Shown in pieces: positions 37,530 through 50,565 of a stretch of 64,000 bases of DNA; position 1 is the stretch's first letter; every line of letters starts with the position of its first letter. The stretch lies in NCBI RefSeq assembly GCF_004010195.1, contig NC_057754.1, positions 11,538,008-11,602,007 on the forward strand, in the 5' to 3' direction. The notes beneath the pieces are model-generated. The model was not told the origin of the DNA. It saw only the letters and a program-made list of their open reading frames with translations, and searched no databases. The position numbers and the translations under genes are program-made. The DNA is from Chiloscyllium plagiosum (lineage: Eukaryota).

Positions 37530-39465
37530 TTAGAGTAACACAGCAAGGAAACAGGCCCTTCAGCCCAAACTGCTCCATGCTGACCATGGTGCCCACCCAG
37601 CTAGTTCCAATTGTCCACATTTGGACAATATCCCTCTAATCCCTTTCCATCCATATACCTGTCCAAATGTTTTGTCAAGTTGCTATTGTACCTGCCTCAA
37701 CCACTTTCTCTGGCAGCCCATTCTATGTACACACCACTCTCTGCCTGAAGAAGTTACCCCTCAGGTCCTTCGTAAATCTTTGCCGTCTCACCTTAAACAT
37801 ATGCCCTCTAGTTTTCTATTCCCCATCCCTGGGAAAAAGGCAATATGCATTCATCCTCTTTGTGCCCCTCATGATTATATATACCTCAATGAGGTCACCC
37901 TTATTCTCCTATGTTCCAAGGAATAAAGTCATATCCTGGCCAACCTCTCCCTATAACTCAGGCTGACTAGTCCTGGCAACATCCTTGTAAATATTTATTG
38001 CAGGCTTTCAGGTTTAACTATGTCTTTCCTGTAATAGGGTGACCAAAACTGTACACAATACCCCAAGTGTGAACTCACAAACAACATATACAACTGTAAC
38101 ATAACGTCCCAACTTCTATACTCAATGCCTCAACTGATGAAGGCAAACATGCTAAATGCCTTCTTCACCACCCTGCCTACCTGTGATACTGCTTTCAAAG
38201 AACTATGTACTTGTACTCTTCGGTCCCTCTGTTCAACACCTTACCATTTACGATGTAAGTCCAACCTTGCTTTGACTTTACAAAGTGCAACACCTCACAC
38301 TTATCTGTATTGAATTGCATTTGCCAATCCTCAGCCCACTTCCCCGTCTGATCAAGATCCCTTTGTAATATTTGATGATCTTCCTCACTATCAACGATAC
38401 CGCCTTATTTTGTATCATCTGCAATCTTACTGATCATGCCTTGAATGTTCAATCCAGATAATTTATGTAAATATCAAATAGCAACGGTCCCATCACTGAC
38501 CCCTGTGGCATAGCACTAGTCACAGGCCTACAGTCCAAGAAACAACCTTCACGCATCACCCTCCGCTTCCTACCATCGAGCCAATTTTGAATCCAATTAG
38601 CTAGCTCTCCCTGGATCCCATGCGACCTAACCTTCATGTCTAGCCAGCTGTGCGGGACCTTGTCAGAGGCCTTACTAAAGTCCATATAGACAACATCCAC
38701 TGCCCTACCCATACATATCCTCTTTGTTACTTTTTCGAAAAACTCGAAAAGATTTGTGAGACATGACTTCCTGTGAACAAATCCACACTGACTATCCCTA
38801 ATTACACCTTGACTATCCAAATGTTGGTTGGTCCTACCCCTCAGTATCCTCTCCAACAACTTGCCTACCACTGATATCAGGTTCACTGGCCTGGAGTTCC
38901 CTGGCTTGTCTTTGTTACCTTCCTTAAACAATGGGAACAACATTAGCCATCCTCCAGAAGAGAAAATGCTGGGAAATCTCAGCAGGTCTGGCAGCATCTG
39001 TAAGGAGAGAAGAGGTTTATCCCTAGTATAAATACCTCCCTATTTCTCCCTTTTTTAAGCTTTGACAAAGGGTCAGTTAGACTCGCAACATCAACTCTTT
39101 TCTCTCCTTACAGATGCTGCCAGACCTGCTGAGATTTTCCAGCATTTTCTCTTTTGGTTTCAGATTCCAGCATCCGCAGTAATTTGCTTTTAGCCACCCT
39201 CCAGTCTTCCGGGACATCACCAGTGGCTAAAGATGAGCAAGAATCTCTGCAAGTGCCTCTGCAATTTATTCCCTAGCCTCCCACAATGTCCGAGGATGGA
39301 CTTGTTCAGGCCCGGGGATTTATCCACATTAATGTGCTTTAAGGCTACAAACACCTCCTATCTGATAATATGTATGCAGTCCAAAGCATCCCCATTTGTT
39401 TCCCTTATTTCCTTAGCATCCACAATTCTCTCAGTAAACACTGAGCAGAAATATTCATTAAAATG
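37530..39465 (-). mobile_element. CR1 RT and 3' end
   Basis: ORF 38449-38997 reads PGNSRPVNLISVVGK...YMDFSKA...PQGSVMGPLLF. Confidence 0.92.
38958..39189. mobile_element. Palindromic Penelope-type mini-element inserted in CR1
   Basis: 15-bp TSD ttagcca(t/c)cctccag at 38943-38957 and 39190-39204. Inverted arms at about 38958-39015 and 39094-39152. A decayed hammerhead-like sequence ttgacaaagggtc-agtta-gactcgcaacatc lies at about 39062-39092. Confidence 0.8.
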
Positions 39466-39496
39466 AATATTAAAAATGACTTAAGATGCAATTTGT

Positions 39497-39815
39497 GGGC
39501 GGCATGGTGGCACAGTGGTTAGCACTGCTGCCTCACAGCGCTGGAGACCTGGGTTCAATTCCCGCCTCAGGCGACTGACTATGTGGAGTTTGCACGTTCT
39601 CCCTGTGTCTGCGTGAGGTTTCCTCCGGGTGCTCCGGTTTCCTCCCATAGTCCAAAGATGTGCAGGTCAGGTGAATTGGCCATGCTAAATTGCCCGTAGT
39701 GTTAGGTAAGGGGTAAATGGAGGGGTATGGGTGGGTTGCGCTTTGGCGGGTCGGTGTGGACTTGTTGGGCCGAAGGGCTTGTTTCCACACTGTAAAGTAA
39801 TCTAATCTAATCTAA
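39497..39815 (+). mobile_element. Full-length HE1-type SINE
   Basis: tRNA-like head and (TAATC)n tail. Confidence 0.95.
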
Positions 39816-39889
39816 TGTCAGACGTTAGTGGCAGTTAGACCACCTAAGCAAACACATCTTCCCTCACAAACTGAAGACAAGCCTTCTCC

Positions 39890-41005
39890 CTTCTACGTCC
39901 AAAGACTGTGTAAGTGCTTTTCCACATTCAGAGAGGTGAACAACCTCTCCCAGTGAGAGTTTGCTGGTGTGTCAGAAGGTCAGATGAACTTGTGAATAAA
40001 TGCACATAGCAGATGAAAGGCCTGTCTTCTGTATGAGCCCACAGGGGTGTGCATACGTTGGATTTCCAAGTATATATCTTTCCACACTCAGAATAGCTAA
40101 ATAGCATCTCTTCTGTGGCAGTACGCTGATGCACCAGAAGGTTAGATGGATTAGTGAATCCCTTCCCAAACACCAGGGGAAGCTTCTCTCCAGAATGAAT
40201 TTCCATGTGTGTATGGAATCTGTATAATTCTGTGAAAACCTTCCCACGTGTGGAGGACGAGAATGGCACCTCCTCAGTGCTGTGCTTCTAGTTGGTATGG
40301 AAAATTGAATCCCTTCCCACAGTTGCTGAATTTCCAGTTTCTCCATATTGTCAGTGCCTTTGTTTGTAACCTTGATCTGTCCCTCTCCACTGAGAATAGA
40401 ATGCTGTTATTTGAGGCTGTGTAACTGGTTAAAGCTGTCTCCACAGTACGTTCACTGGAGCACTCTCCCTCATGATGAGGAATTTGTTCAAGGTCTCTCC
40501 ACAGTCACAGCTCTGGCGCATTCTGTGAGCTGTACATCCTGATGGTTTTTATGTCACAGTAATGATTGAAAAGTCCCCACGTACACAAGGAAGATGCATA
40601 TTTCTTATTCGACATTTAAAGGCCAATGATATTTGTGTGAAAGGTATCAACGTGAAATGGGTGGCACTGCTGCCTCACAGCACCAGGGACCTGGGTTTGA
40701 TTCCACCCTCAGGTCTGTGTACAGTTTGCACATTCGCCCCATGTCTGGGTTCCTCCCACAAACCAAAGATGTGCGGGCCATGCTAAATTGCCCATAGTGT
40801 TCAGGGATGTCTAGGTTAGGTGCGTTGTTCTGGAGTAAATATAGGATAACAGCTAGGGCAAATTGTCTGGGTGGGATACTCTTTGGAGGGTCAGTGTGGA
40901 CCTGTTGGGCCTAAGGGCATGTTTTCACACTGTAGGAATTCTATGATCTATGACAGTGATAGTTGCTTTGCATGTCTGGTCTCCAAATCGTCCCCTTCTA
41001 ATACT
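39890..41005 (-). pseudogene. C2H2 zinc-finger array exon, disrupted; SINE inserted at about 40660-40950
   Basis: ORF 39928-40269 reads HSGEKLP..FGKGFTNPSNLLVHQR...ECGK...HTEDRPFIC...SSDLLTHQQ. Acceptor-like ttttacag|agtattagaagggga at 41005 resembles the start of the plus-strand ZNF exon. Confidence 0.85.
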
Positions 41006-42352
41006 CTGTAAAAGTAATCTACACAGAATTACTTGGAATTTACAGAACAGAAATAGTCCATCTGATAAACAAGCTTCTCAGTAGTTATCTACAGCTATTG
41101 ATTCTGATTATAACTTGCATTTGTCTAGCTTCCTTATCAAAGACATTTCAGCTCTTTGTCGCGACCACCTGCTGTGGGTGTGAGTTCCCCATTTTAACTG
41201 CATGTCACCTAACCTGGGATTCTCCCACACGTGGTACACTATCTCAGCATCAATCCTGTCAAATCCATTCATCATGTCAAATATCTGATCCTAAAATAAA
41301 TCCACATTTTCTCAAGGAAATGTCACTGAGCTAGTAACATTTTCTAATAAATATCATGTCTCTGTTTAGACAATCAACATTGTCTGGGTTAAAAGGAAGA
41401 AAGACAGACAGTTGTAAACCTTCCCCTTCTACCACCATTAAAAGTAGTTTCCAAATCCCTTTCTTTTCTCCAATCCAAGTCAGAAATTCAAAGCATCCTG
41501 CTCCTGGATAAACTTGAATTTACTTGCTGTTTCCACAAATGCTGCCTTATTAATAGAGAAGGTGCAGTATTTTCCCTTTTCTATTTCAGATTTCCAGAAA
41601 TCACACCGTTTTGCTTTTATTTCAATGCAAGCCAAGAAGGAAACACAGACCAACTAAAGTTCAATTTAATTTGAATTAGGATGGGTGTTGGACGCAAGAG
41701 CTGTCTGAGCTGGAGCAGAGATGAAGAAAACATTGCAGGGTTTCATCCAGAGTACTTTGGAACATGGAAAGGCCCAACGTATTGCAAGGTGAGACTAAAA
41801 AGGGAGCTAGATTCTTGGGAAAATTGATTCCTAAATGAATGCTGATCCTACACTGTATTAGAAGAAGTATGTTGTGTTCATAAGTAGTATGTCTGTGCGG
41901 TCTTTTTATCCAGGAACAGCAAGTAACATCCAAATCAGAATAGGTGTGTGATGAGTTGGACCGAAGGATCTGTTTCCGTGCTGTTTATCTCTATGACTTG
42001 AAGGGGAATTTGAGATAATGTTTCCTTGCACCTGCTGCTCTTAGTTTTCCAGGTTGTTAAGGTGACGACAGGTTCTGTCAAACATCACGTTCCGGTGCAA
42101 ATATAGCGATCCCTCTTTGCCAACTTCCCAACCTCTCCAGGCCGAAACATACTGGCAGGTTCCATGGACACGGGCATATAGTTGCGTTTTTACTACAATC
42201 TGGCAGCTTTCATACTCCTTCTTCCACATGTCGACCCCATATAATACCAGCTTCATTCAGCTCAGGTTCACAATCTGTCTTAGTGTTTTTGTGGTTTCTC
42301 TCTCTGTGGTTTCTCTCTTTGTAATTCTCTTTTTTTCAATTCATGTCACCAG

Positions 42353-43570
42353 ATGTTAGAAGGAGAGGATGTACAAATGGAAAATCCAAACACCACATCA
42401 GGATCTAACAGTGATGCTGGATTCCTCAGGATCTGAATATCAACAACCTTTGATCATGGAAACAGAAAGCACCATTCACCGTGGGAAGGAACCGTACACT
42501 TATCCTGTGTGTGGATGAGGCCTCAGTCCATCATCTGGATTGCCAAAACATAACTGGAGTCACACTGGGGAGAAACCATGTCAATGTTGGGGCTGTGAGA
42601 AATTATTCAGTTAGCCCTGTGAGCTGGAATGTCATTGATGCAGTCATACAGGGTGTCGTCCCATTTCCCCCCTCAGTCGAAGCAAAACATTCAGCAACAC
42701 ATTATCATTTCACCTCCTTTATCTTTATTCAGGGCCCTGAAGGGAGAGAGAACAATCGCCCATGTTCACAGAGATGAGTTCACGATCTTATCTGATCTGA
42801 TTTATATTCAGCTGAATCTTTTGTTTCACAAAACTCAAAAACTTAACTCTTTCCCTACCTACTTATACCCTATACACATTCTCAAGGGGAGAGGCCATTC
42901 TGCTGCATTGAATGTGGTAAAGCATTTATTCATTCATCCACCCTCCTGACACACCACTGGAGAGAGGCCACTTACCTGTTCCGTGTGTGGGAAGAGATAA
43001 ATGTTTTTATCGGTGATGCTGAGATACCGGCAAGTTCACTATGATGAGAGACAGTATCCATTGCTCTGACTGGGGTAAGAGTTTTAAATGTTCATATGGA
43101 CTGAGGGAGCACTAGCGCATTCCCATTGGGTACTTCCCATTCTAATATTCTCACTGCAGCAAGAGATTCAGGCGATCATACAGCCTGTTGATAAATCAGC
43201 AAGTCCACACTGGGGAGAGGCCTTTCACCTGCTTGGTGTGTGGGAAGGATTTCTTCTAACATGCTAGTATACTGGCAGTTGCACACTGGAGAGTGACCTT
43301 TCAAATGCCTAGATTGCAGGAAGTGCTGTAAATGTTCTGGGGATATGCATGCCTGTTCACAATGATGAGAGACCATTTAGGTTTGGGCGATTATCTGAGC
43401 TCTCTGTACACCAGCGGGTCCACACACTGGGGGGAGGCTGTTCACCTGCTCCTCGGATGGGGAAAGATTTTCTTGTTCGTGCAACCTTTACAGACACCAG
43501 TGTATTTTCCAATGACTGCTGGGATTGGGTTCTGCTGCTATTGTTAATCAAATCCAAGACTGAACCATGT
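42353..43570 (+). pseudogene. C2H2 zinc-finger array exon with many stops and frameshifts
   Basis: A polypyrimidine tract and cag precede atgttagaaggagagg at 42353. Repeated cacactggggagaaacc / cacactggggagaggcc linkers (HTGEKP/HTGERP) and tgtgggaag (CGK) follow. Confidence 0.85.
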
Positions 43571-44211
43571 TGATACTGACAGTTCCAATCTGTTTTGATG
43601 ATTTTAATCATCTCCATCCTAGCTCCAGCTGTTAGAATTCTGGCTAAATGTCAAGTCTGTCCAAGTCTGTCAAACCTTTCTGCAATCGCCAAGACAAGGT
43701 GGTTCCTTGAAATAACCTCTCTGTTTCACGACAACCAGCATGTGCACAGCAAGATCTCACAAACATCAGTGAGGTAAGTAACCATTTAACCAAGTTTTTT
43801 TTGGTGGTGTTATTTAGAGCAGTAAAGTTAGTCCCAGTACAGACAGGAGAACTTCCCTGAGGACAGTGTGTAGAATTGTTGAGGTCTTCTGATCTGGAAG
43901 TAGAGCTGATTTGAGATGTTTGGTCTGCAGTGGACCTTGAAGAACTGCTCTGTGCGTCTTTCCTCTTCATACACTGACTCTCAGCTGAAGCTTCAGTAAG
44001 AGTTCACTTTAAACATCAATCCCAATTTAATCTTTAGAGCAAATCTACAAATTAGCTGCAATCAATATGGCCACCCAAGTGCTCTTTTCTTCCTTTTCCT
44101 GTATTTGAAAAATAACTGTCCAGTTCCCATGCAATTTTAAGCAACAGGTTCCATTATTTTTGCATTTTAGATTCCCACACAGCTGTATATGCTTGGAGCT
44201 GCTTTTTAAGT

Positions 44212-44605
44212 AGAAACCCCACAATGTGGAAACAGGCCATTCAGCTCAACAAGTCCTCACCAACCCTCTGAAGATCATCCTGCCAAGACACACCCTCCTA
44301 CCCTATCCCTGGAACCCTGCATTTTCCATGGCTAACACAGCTAACCGACACATCCCTGAACATTATGGGTCATTTAGTCTGGCAAATCCACCTAACCTGC
44401 ACATCTTTGCTGTGTGGGAGAAAACCAGCACACCCAGTGAAAATGCATGCAGACACGGGGAGAATGTACAAACTCCACATAGACACTGAGACAGTGTGCA
44501 AACTCCCCTCAGATGCGATGAGAACATGCAAACTCCACACAGACAGATGCCCGAAGCTGGAATCTAACCCGGGTCCCTGGCGCTGTGAGGCAGCAGCGCC
44601 ACCCC
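44212..44605 (-). mobile_element. HE1-type SINE with an internal about 30-bp triplication
   Basis: SINE body with three copies of the caaactcc motif at about 44469, 44499 and 44530. Confidence 0.8.
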
Positions 44606-45717
44606 CATTAGCCAGCTAATCAATGAAATGTACAGCCCCATTATACCACCAGTGACACTATCTGTAGAGTTGCATTGATTTGGTCACCAAAACAGTCAAT
44701 TAATTCCCAACTCTACTATTGTGCAGAATAAATGAGACTTTCACCAGGATTCTTGTAAACAAAATTTCAAAATAATCCATTTGATATGAAAGGATAAAGC
44801 TGGTGACAATCTCTGGTTAACATTTGAAGCATAATCTGGAAGAATAACTATATTCTCTTAAAGACACACTCACACAATGCAAGGACACTGCAGAGATTAC
44901 TTTTTTGTTTGAAACAAAAAAAGCCAAGGGTCTGCCATGAAGGGACAGAATTTCATGAATCTTCATGGTCCACCACTTGTTGATGAAGTCGAATTGCCAG
45001 CTATAGGATGAAAGATTGAAGGAGTCAGAAATACAGATATTTGGAAACATTTTCAGGTTCCTAATAACTTCCACTGAGAGACTAAGTGAGAGAGGCTTGC
45101 AGCTTCTAGGGTTTCCTTTCTGACCACTTCGATCAGTAAAACATTGATCAAGACTAGAAAGGGTTCGTAGAAAGCCCATCAGTACTCAGAACTCACCATA
45201 GACTTTCGAAAAGCCACTTTTTCCAGGAATTAATTTCCATAAATCCCATCTCCCAAAAACATTTACTTGTCTCTGTTTCCCCCTAAATAATTTATCTTTC
45301 TATGTAATCTGTAATAATGTTTAGCAGGTCAACCACAGCAGACATTTAATCTGACCTCATTCTACAAATAAATAATTAAAAGTCCATTACATTTTCAGCA
45401 AGTGTACAAACAGTTTCATATCTTCCGAGTTTTCACACAGATATGAATTTTATTCCCAATACTGTCCAATGTACTCGAGGGCATTCCCACCAATGCCTTT
45501 TACAATTACAATGAGATTTGCAAATCAGGGCTAACAATCCAGTTGGCTTTCTAATTACTTGCTCTCTCTGCACACTACATTATGTGATCCAAGGACACCT
45601 AGATGCATCTGCAATGCAGCATTCTACTGCCTCCACCACTGAAGGACTAATCTGCATTTCTATATTTCATGCCAGAGTGGACATTCACAATTTTTCCCTC
45701 AGTTAGACTCGATCTTA

Positions 45718-46270
45718 CATAGAACATTACAGTGCAGTATTGGCCCTTCAGCTCGTGATTTTGTGCCAACTTGTAAAACCAATCTGAAGCCCATCTAACC
45801 TACACTACTCCATTTTCATCCATATGTCTATCTAATGAACACTTAAATGCCCTTAAATTTGGCAAGTCTACTACTGTTGCAGGCAAGCAGTTCCATGCCT
45901 CTACTGCTCTGAGTAAAGAAACTACTTTTGACATCTGACCTATATCTATCAACCATCAATTTAATGCTATGTCCCTTCATGCTAGCTATCACCATCTGAG
46001 GAAAACTGCTCTCACTGTCCACCCTATCTAATGTCTGATTATCTTATATGTCTCAATTAAGTCACCTCTTAACCTTCTCCCTAATGAAAACAACCTTGAG
46101 TCCCTCAGCCTTTCCTCATAAGACCTTCCCTCCATACCAAGCAAATTCCTGGTAAATCTTCTCTGAACCCTTTCCAAAGCTTCCACATCCTTCCTTTAAT
46201 GCAGTGACTAGAACTGTAAGCAATACTCTAAGTGCGGCCACACCAGAGTTTTGTACAATTGTGACATGAT
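45718..46270 (-). mobile_element. CR1 3' fragment
   Basis: Reverse complement of the CR1 3' end (catagaacattacag...ggcccttc). Confidence 0.8.
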
Positions 46271-47072
46271 CTGTCATGTTGTTTTCCCCGTGCCTTTCTT
46301 GCTTTGCAGGTTCAGTCTAACCTCTTCACATCTTGCTCAGCAAGTTTAGTTACAATGCAGTTGGATCTTTCATCCATGCCAGTCGTACAGATTGCAAATA
46401 GTTGAAGTTCCAGGACTGATCTGCACGAGTTAAAGTTTTCAGGTTGGCAAACTAATATTTATCCCAACTATCAGGTTGCTTTTAGTGAGGCAAACCTCTG
46501 CTTCACTGTCCACCAACACCACAACCTCTTATTTTGTTCAAAAACCTTTTACCTGACGTCTTAGTGAACGCTGATTGGAAATAGAAATACACAACATCTC
46601 GTCTTTCTGCACTGTCCGTGTCACATCTTCTAAGAGGTCAGAGTTCCTCGCTCTTGTTGGGAGGAAAGCCCTTCACAAGGAAGTAGCTTATTTTAGAGAT
46701 GTTACTGTCCAGATCGTTGTACACAAATCACATAAATCGAAAGTGATGGTATCACCAAATATTCGGATGGGTTGCTAGTTACTATCAAGGGATGGGACAG
46801 TCTGGATGTGATCATACAGGGGTCATGCTCACCATGAACCAACTCAATAAGCCTAACAGATGAATCTAACAATTTACAGGTATTCCAGGCAAGGAGAGAG
46901 AAACTGACAGACACACACACTGATCAAGCAACAGAGAGCAATATAAGGATATTTGGATTTCCTTCAGGTCAGTCTTCGATTTAAAAAATTGAACATTTTC
47001 TTGGTGAAAATAATTTGGAAGATAAATTGTGAAGAGGATATAAACGTTATTCAAACTGAGCAATGTAGAGGT

Positions 47073-47162
47073 TCACAGGATGCTCCCAAGCACTGAGGAT
47101 GTCACCTAGACAGGGGACGAAACGTTTGCAACAAAAACTTCCAGCTCGGCGAACAGAACCAC
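47073..47162 (+). ncRNA. 90-bp insertion carrying a minimal hammerhead ribozyme motif (family C)
   Basis: gca-CTGAGGA-t-gtcacct-agac-aggggac-GAA-ACGT-T-tgc at 47090-47129. 14-bp TSD agcaatgtagaggt at 47059-47072 and 47163-47176. Confidence 0.8.
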
Positions 47163-47589
47163 AGCAATGTAGAGGTGCTCAATGAGTGGGTTAAGCATTG
47201 TCCGACGTGGCATAATGTGGAGTGTGTGTGGATGGTTGTCAAGAAGAACCGATAAAGAGCCTTTAATTTAAATGGGGAGTTGTTGTAGGACTCTGAGGTG
47301 CAGAAAGGTGTGGGTGTCTTGGAATGTATATCACATTGAGTTAGTCTGCAGAGGCAGCAAGTAATGAGGAAGGCAATGAAATGTCTTGTTTTCATTTGTT
47401 TGTGGGAGCATCACTGGCATTTATTCCCCCATTCCTATCAGCCCTTGAGTAGTTGGTCGTGAGATACTCATTAAATTGCTTTACTCCATAAAAATTCAAA
47501 CATCTTTTGGCGAAACAACATAGCAGAAATTAAACTGCAGCTTTTTCTTTTACTGCTCCCAGTTTAACGTTCAACCAGTTTCTGTTGAA

Positions 47590-48120
47590 TTAGACACTGG
47601 AATCTCATTGGTCTGAGTGAGTTTACATAAAGCATTATAAAACTGGGAAGGAGTTACAAACTGGAATCTACCCGAAGAGATTGGGATTTTTATATAGAGC
47701 ATAGCATGTAATGGGGAGTGAGTTACAGTCTGAAATCTAATTTGGGGTAATTTATATACGGAGTGACTGGTAACAAGGAGTGAGTTACATACTAGAATCT
47801 AGTTGAGAGGATTGGGTTAGTTTATACTGTATACAGAATAACAGATACTCAGGAGTGTGTTACAGACTGGAATCTAATCAAAGGGATTGGCATGGCTTTT
47901 GTGTAGAAATGCAGATACTCCGGAGTGAGCTAGAGAGTAAAGTCTGAGGGAATCGGCCTGGTTTTATATAACAGAATGCAGATACCCAGGAGTGAGATAC
48001 TGACTGGAATCTCATCAAGGGGTTCAGGGTGGTTTCTGTATGCAGTCACAGATACATGGGAGTGACTTACAGATTGGAATCTCATCGAGGGTTTTGGGGA
48101 GGTTTGTATAGCGAATACCA
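47590..48120. repeat. Degenerate tandem repeat, about 65-bp unit, about 8 copies
   Basis: Recurring cagatac..ggagtgagttacagactggaatctaatc..gggg.tt motif. Confidence 0.85.
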
Positions 48121-48129
48121 GAATCACAT

Positions 48130-49150
48130 GCATTGCAATATTTGGGAGGCGGCTAATTTGTGGAGGGCCTGCAAAACCTAAGGGGGGCATAAAATGGGAT
48201 GGGTGGGAGTTGGAAGAACTACACAATTTTGTAGGGGGCTGCAAATGGGGGAGTGCAATATTTTGGGGGTCAGTATTTGGCATGTAAAACTTGGCAGGAA
48301 AGTTTGTGGGTGTATGCAAACATTTTTGGGGGTACAGCAAAATTGTGGGTGTTGTATAATTTGGGAGCAGTTGAAGACATGGGGTGCACATTGAGGCAGT
48401 GCATAATTTTGGGGAGCAAGATTGTGGAGGCTGCAAGAAGGACCAATATCCAGGGGTGTAAAACTTTAAGGGGAGGTACAAGATTAAAAGGCACACCATT
48501 GAGGGTCACATTGGGGTGTGAAAAATCAGGGACGGTGTCTGAGGGGGGCACAGTATTTCGGGAAGGGCAAATATTTGGGGGGTGCACATCGGTTTTGGGG
48601 GTATGCAATATCTGGGTGGAGGATGCAAGATTTATGGGCTTGCAAAATTGGAGGGGACCACACAAACTGGAGGGAAGGTGGAACAAATGTTAGGGATATG
48701 CATACACTTTGGGGTACAGTATTGTTGGACCATCAAATTTAGTGGGGACACAAAAGTTGGGAGGAGGACTGCATCGGTTTAGTGATCCATAATTTGTGGC
48801 TGCAAAATGAGGCTGTGGAATGTGGCAAGGTGAGAGGAAGGCAGTGAGAATAAAACAAAGGGAAAAAAGTGGGAAAGAACAGAGATGAAGTCAGATTAGC
48901 ATTAGAAATACAAAAGAAAGGGAACAAAAAAAAACAGACCGGATGAAAAAAATAGTGTGGGAAGAAGACAGAGATAAAGGCAGAAAGAAGAGGTAAGAAT
49001 CAAAATAAGAAAGAAAGAAAAGAGAATTTGAGAGAGGGAATGGAAGAGAGGTAAAGAGAGAGAGAGAGAGAGAGACCAAGAGAGACAGCCATTGAAGGGG
49101 AGAGGGAGAGCAGAAAAGGGGGAAAAGAGAGAGAGCGAGACAGACAGACA
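48130..49150. repeat. Low-complexity G-rich tract (to about 48800) followed by a GA-rich purine tract
   Basis: Repeated ggggg/tgcaa/aattt words, then (GA)n near 49054-49075. Confidence 0.75.
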
Positions 49151-49911
49151 GAAGTTAAGGAAGGTCATGGAGACACTCACCATTCCAGTGGTCCCAGCTT
49201 TCTTGTTAGTTTCTCACCCTCCCTCTTTCCCATGAGAGTCAGATCCTGTTCCTAGGGTTTGCTTCTGCCTGACTGGTTTAGGGAGGGGTGAAGATTCCAA
49301 ACTGCCATTGAAATTCCAACAGTACCGACACACAGAGACAGAGAGACACACACACACAGACACACCCTCGTATATTCACCTTCTGCAAAAGGAACAATGG
49401 CTGCCAGGACCTACTCTAAATACCTTCAGATCTGTCACCCAAAGACCCTTGTCCAAAAATGCCAACTCGTCCACTCAGCTCCCTCGACTTGAAGCTCACT
49501 TGCCCCAGGTAGGGAGCACTCCCAGAGGCATATGAGATTGGGGACAGGCGTAAGAGAAAGCAGCAGCTCAATTGTTAAGTCCAGACTGCCTCTGGTTGTT
49601 CCTCTCCTCCCCGCACACATACTCCTTTCAATCCACAGCAGCCACAACACAGGTTAATTTAGACAACTGAACGCAGGCCTCTGCAACCAATGGGCATACA
49701 TTTCTTCTGCAAGGGAACACAAGATTTTTACACAGATCAACTCAAGGTGTAAGTGGGACTGAGATGAACTAGTCAGCAGTTTACTTTTAATGAGTTTCTG
49801 AGAATTTTAAAAACAAATCAATCCATTTTATAAATGAACAGTTATTTCACAAACGCCCCTTCCCTGTGGTCACTCAAACAGACCAAACAATGTCTTGCAC
49901 AGAGTTGATGG

Positions 49912-50305
49912 TAATAGAACAGTAGAGCACAGGAACAGGCCCTTCGGCCCATTATGTTGTGCCAAACATGGCACCAAATGAAATTCTGCTTGCTCTTGGC
50001 CCATATCCCTCCATTCCTTGTGCTTATCTAACAGTCCCTTGAATGCCCCTATTATATCTGTCTCCACCACCACTCCTAGCGGTGCGTTCCAAACTCTTAG
50101 CACTCTCTCTGTAAAAAACACATTGCCTCTCACATCTCCTTTGAATTTTTCCCCCTCTTATCTTAAATGCATGCCCCCTTGTATTAGACATTTCAACTGT
50201 GTGAAAAAGATTTTGACCATCAACCCTATCTATTCATCTCAGAATTTTATAGACATCTGTCAAGTTTCCCCTCAGCCTCCGCCACTCCAGAGGAAACGAC
50301 CCAAG
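49912..50305 (-). mobile_element. CR1 3' fragment
   Basis: ORF 49870-50133 reads RGNVFFTERVLRVWNA. Confidence 0.85.
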
Positions 50306-50565
50306 GCGTGAGTGGGACTGAGATGAACAAATCAGCACGTTTACTTTGAATGAGTTTCTGAGAATTCTACAAATGATTATACATATCTATTGTACAAATT
50401 AAATTGAGTTTATTAAACAGATCAACCCTGACGATATATCAATGGACATTGTGTGCCTCTCTATGTGGATGTCTGTGTATTTCTATATATGTGTTTCTTT
50501 GTCTCATTCTCTGTCTTCATCTGTGTGTTTCTATCTCTATGTGAGTATGTCTATGCAGCAAGGTG

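Noticed and set aside
43644..43970. Ser/Thr-rich 108-aa ORF, possibly a transposase-type N-terminus
   Set aside because: No conserved motif and no downstream catalytic domain are visible.
47930..48782. ORFs of 138-189 aa on both strands
   Set aside because: They lie in low-complexity G/C-skewed repeat DNA and show no recognisable domain.
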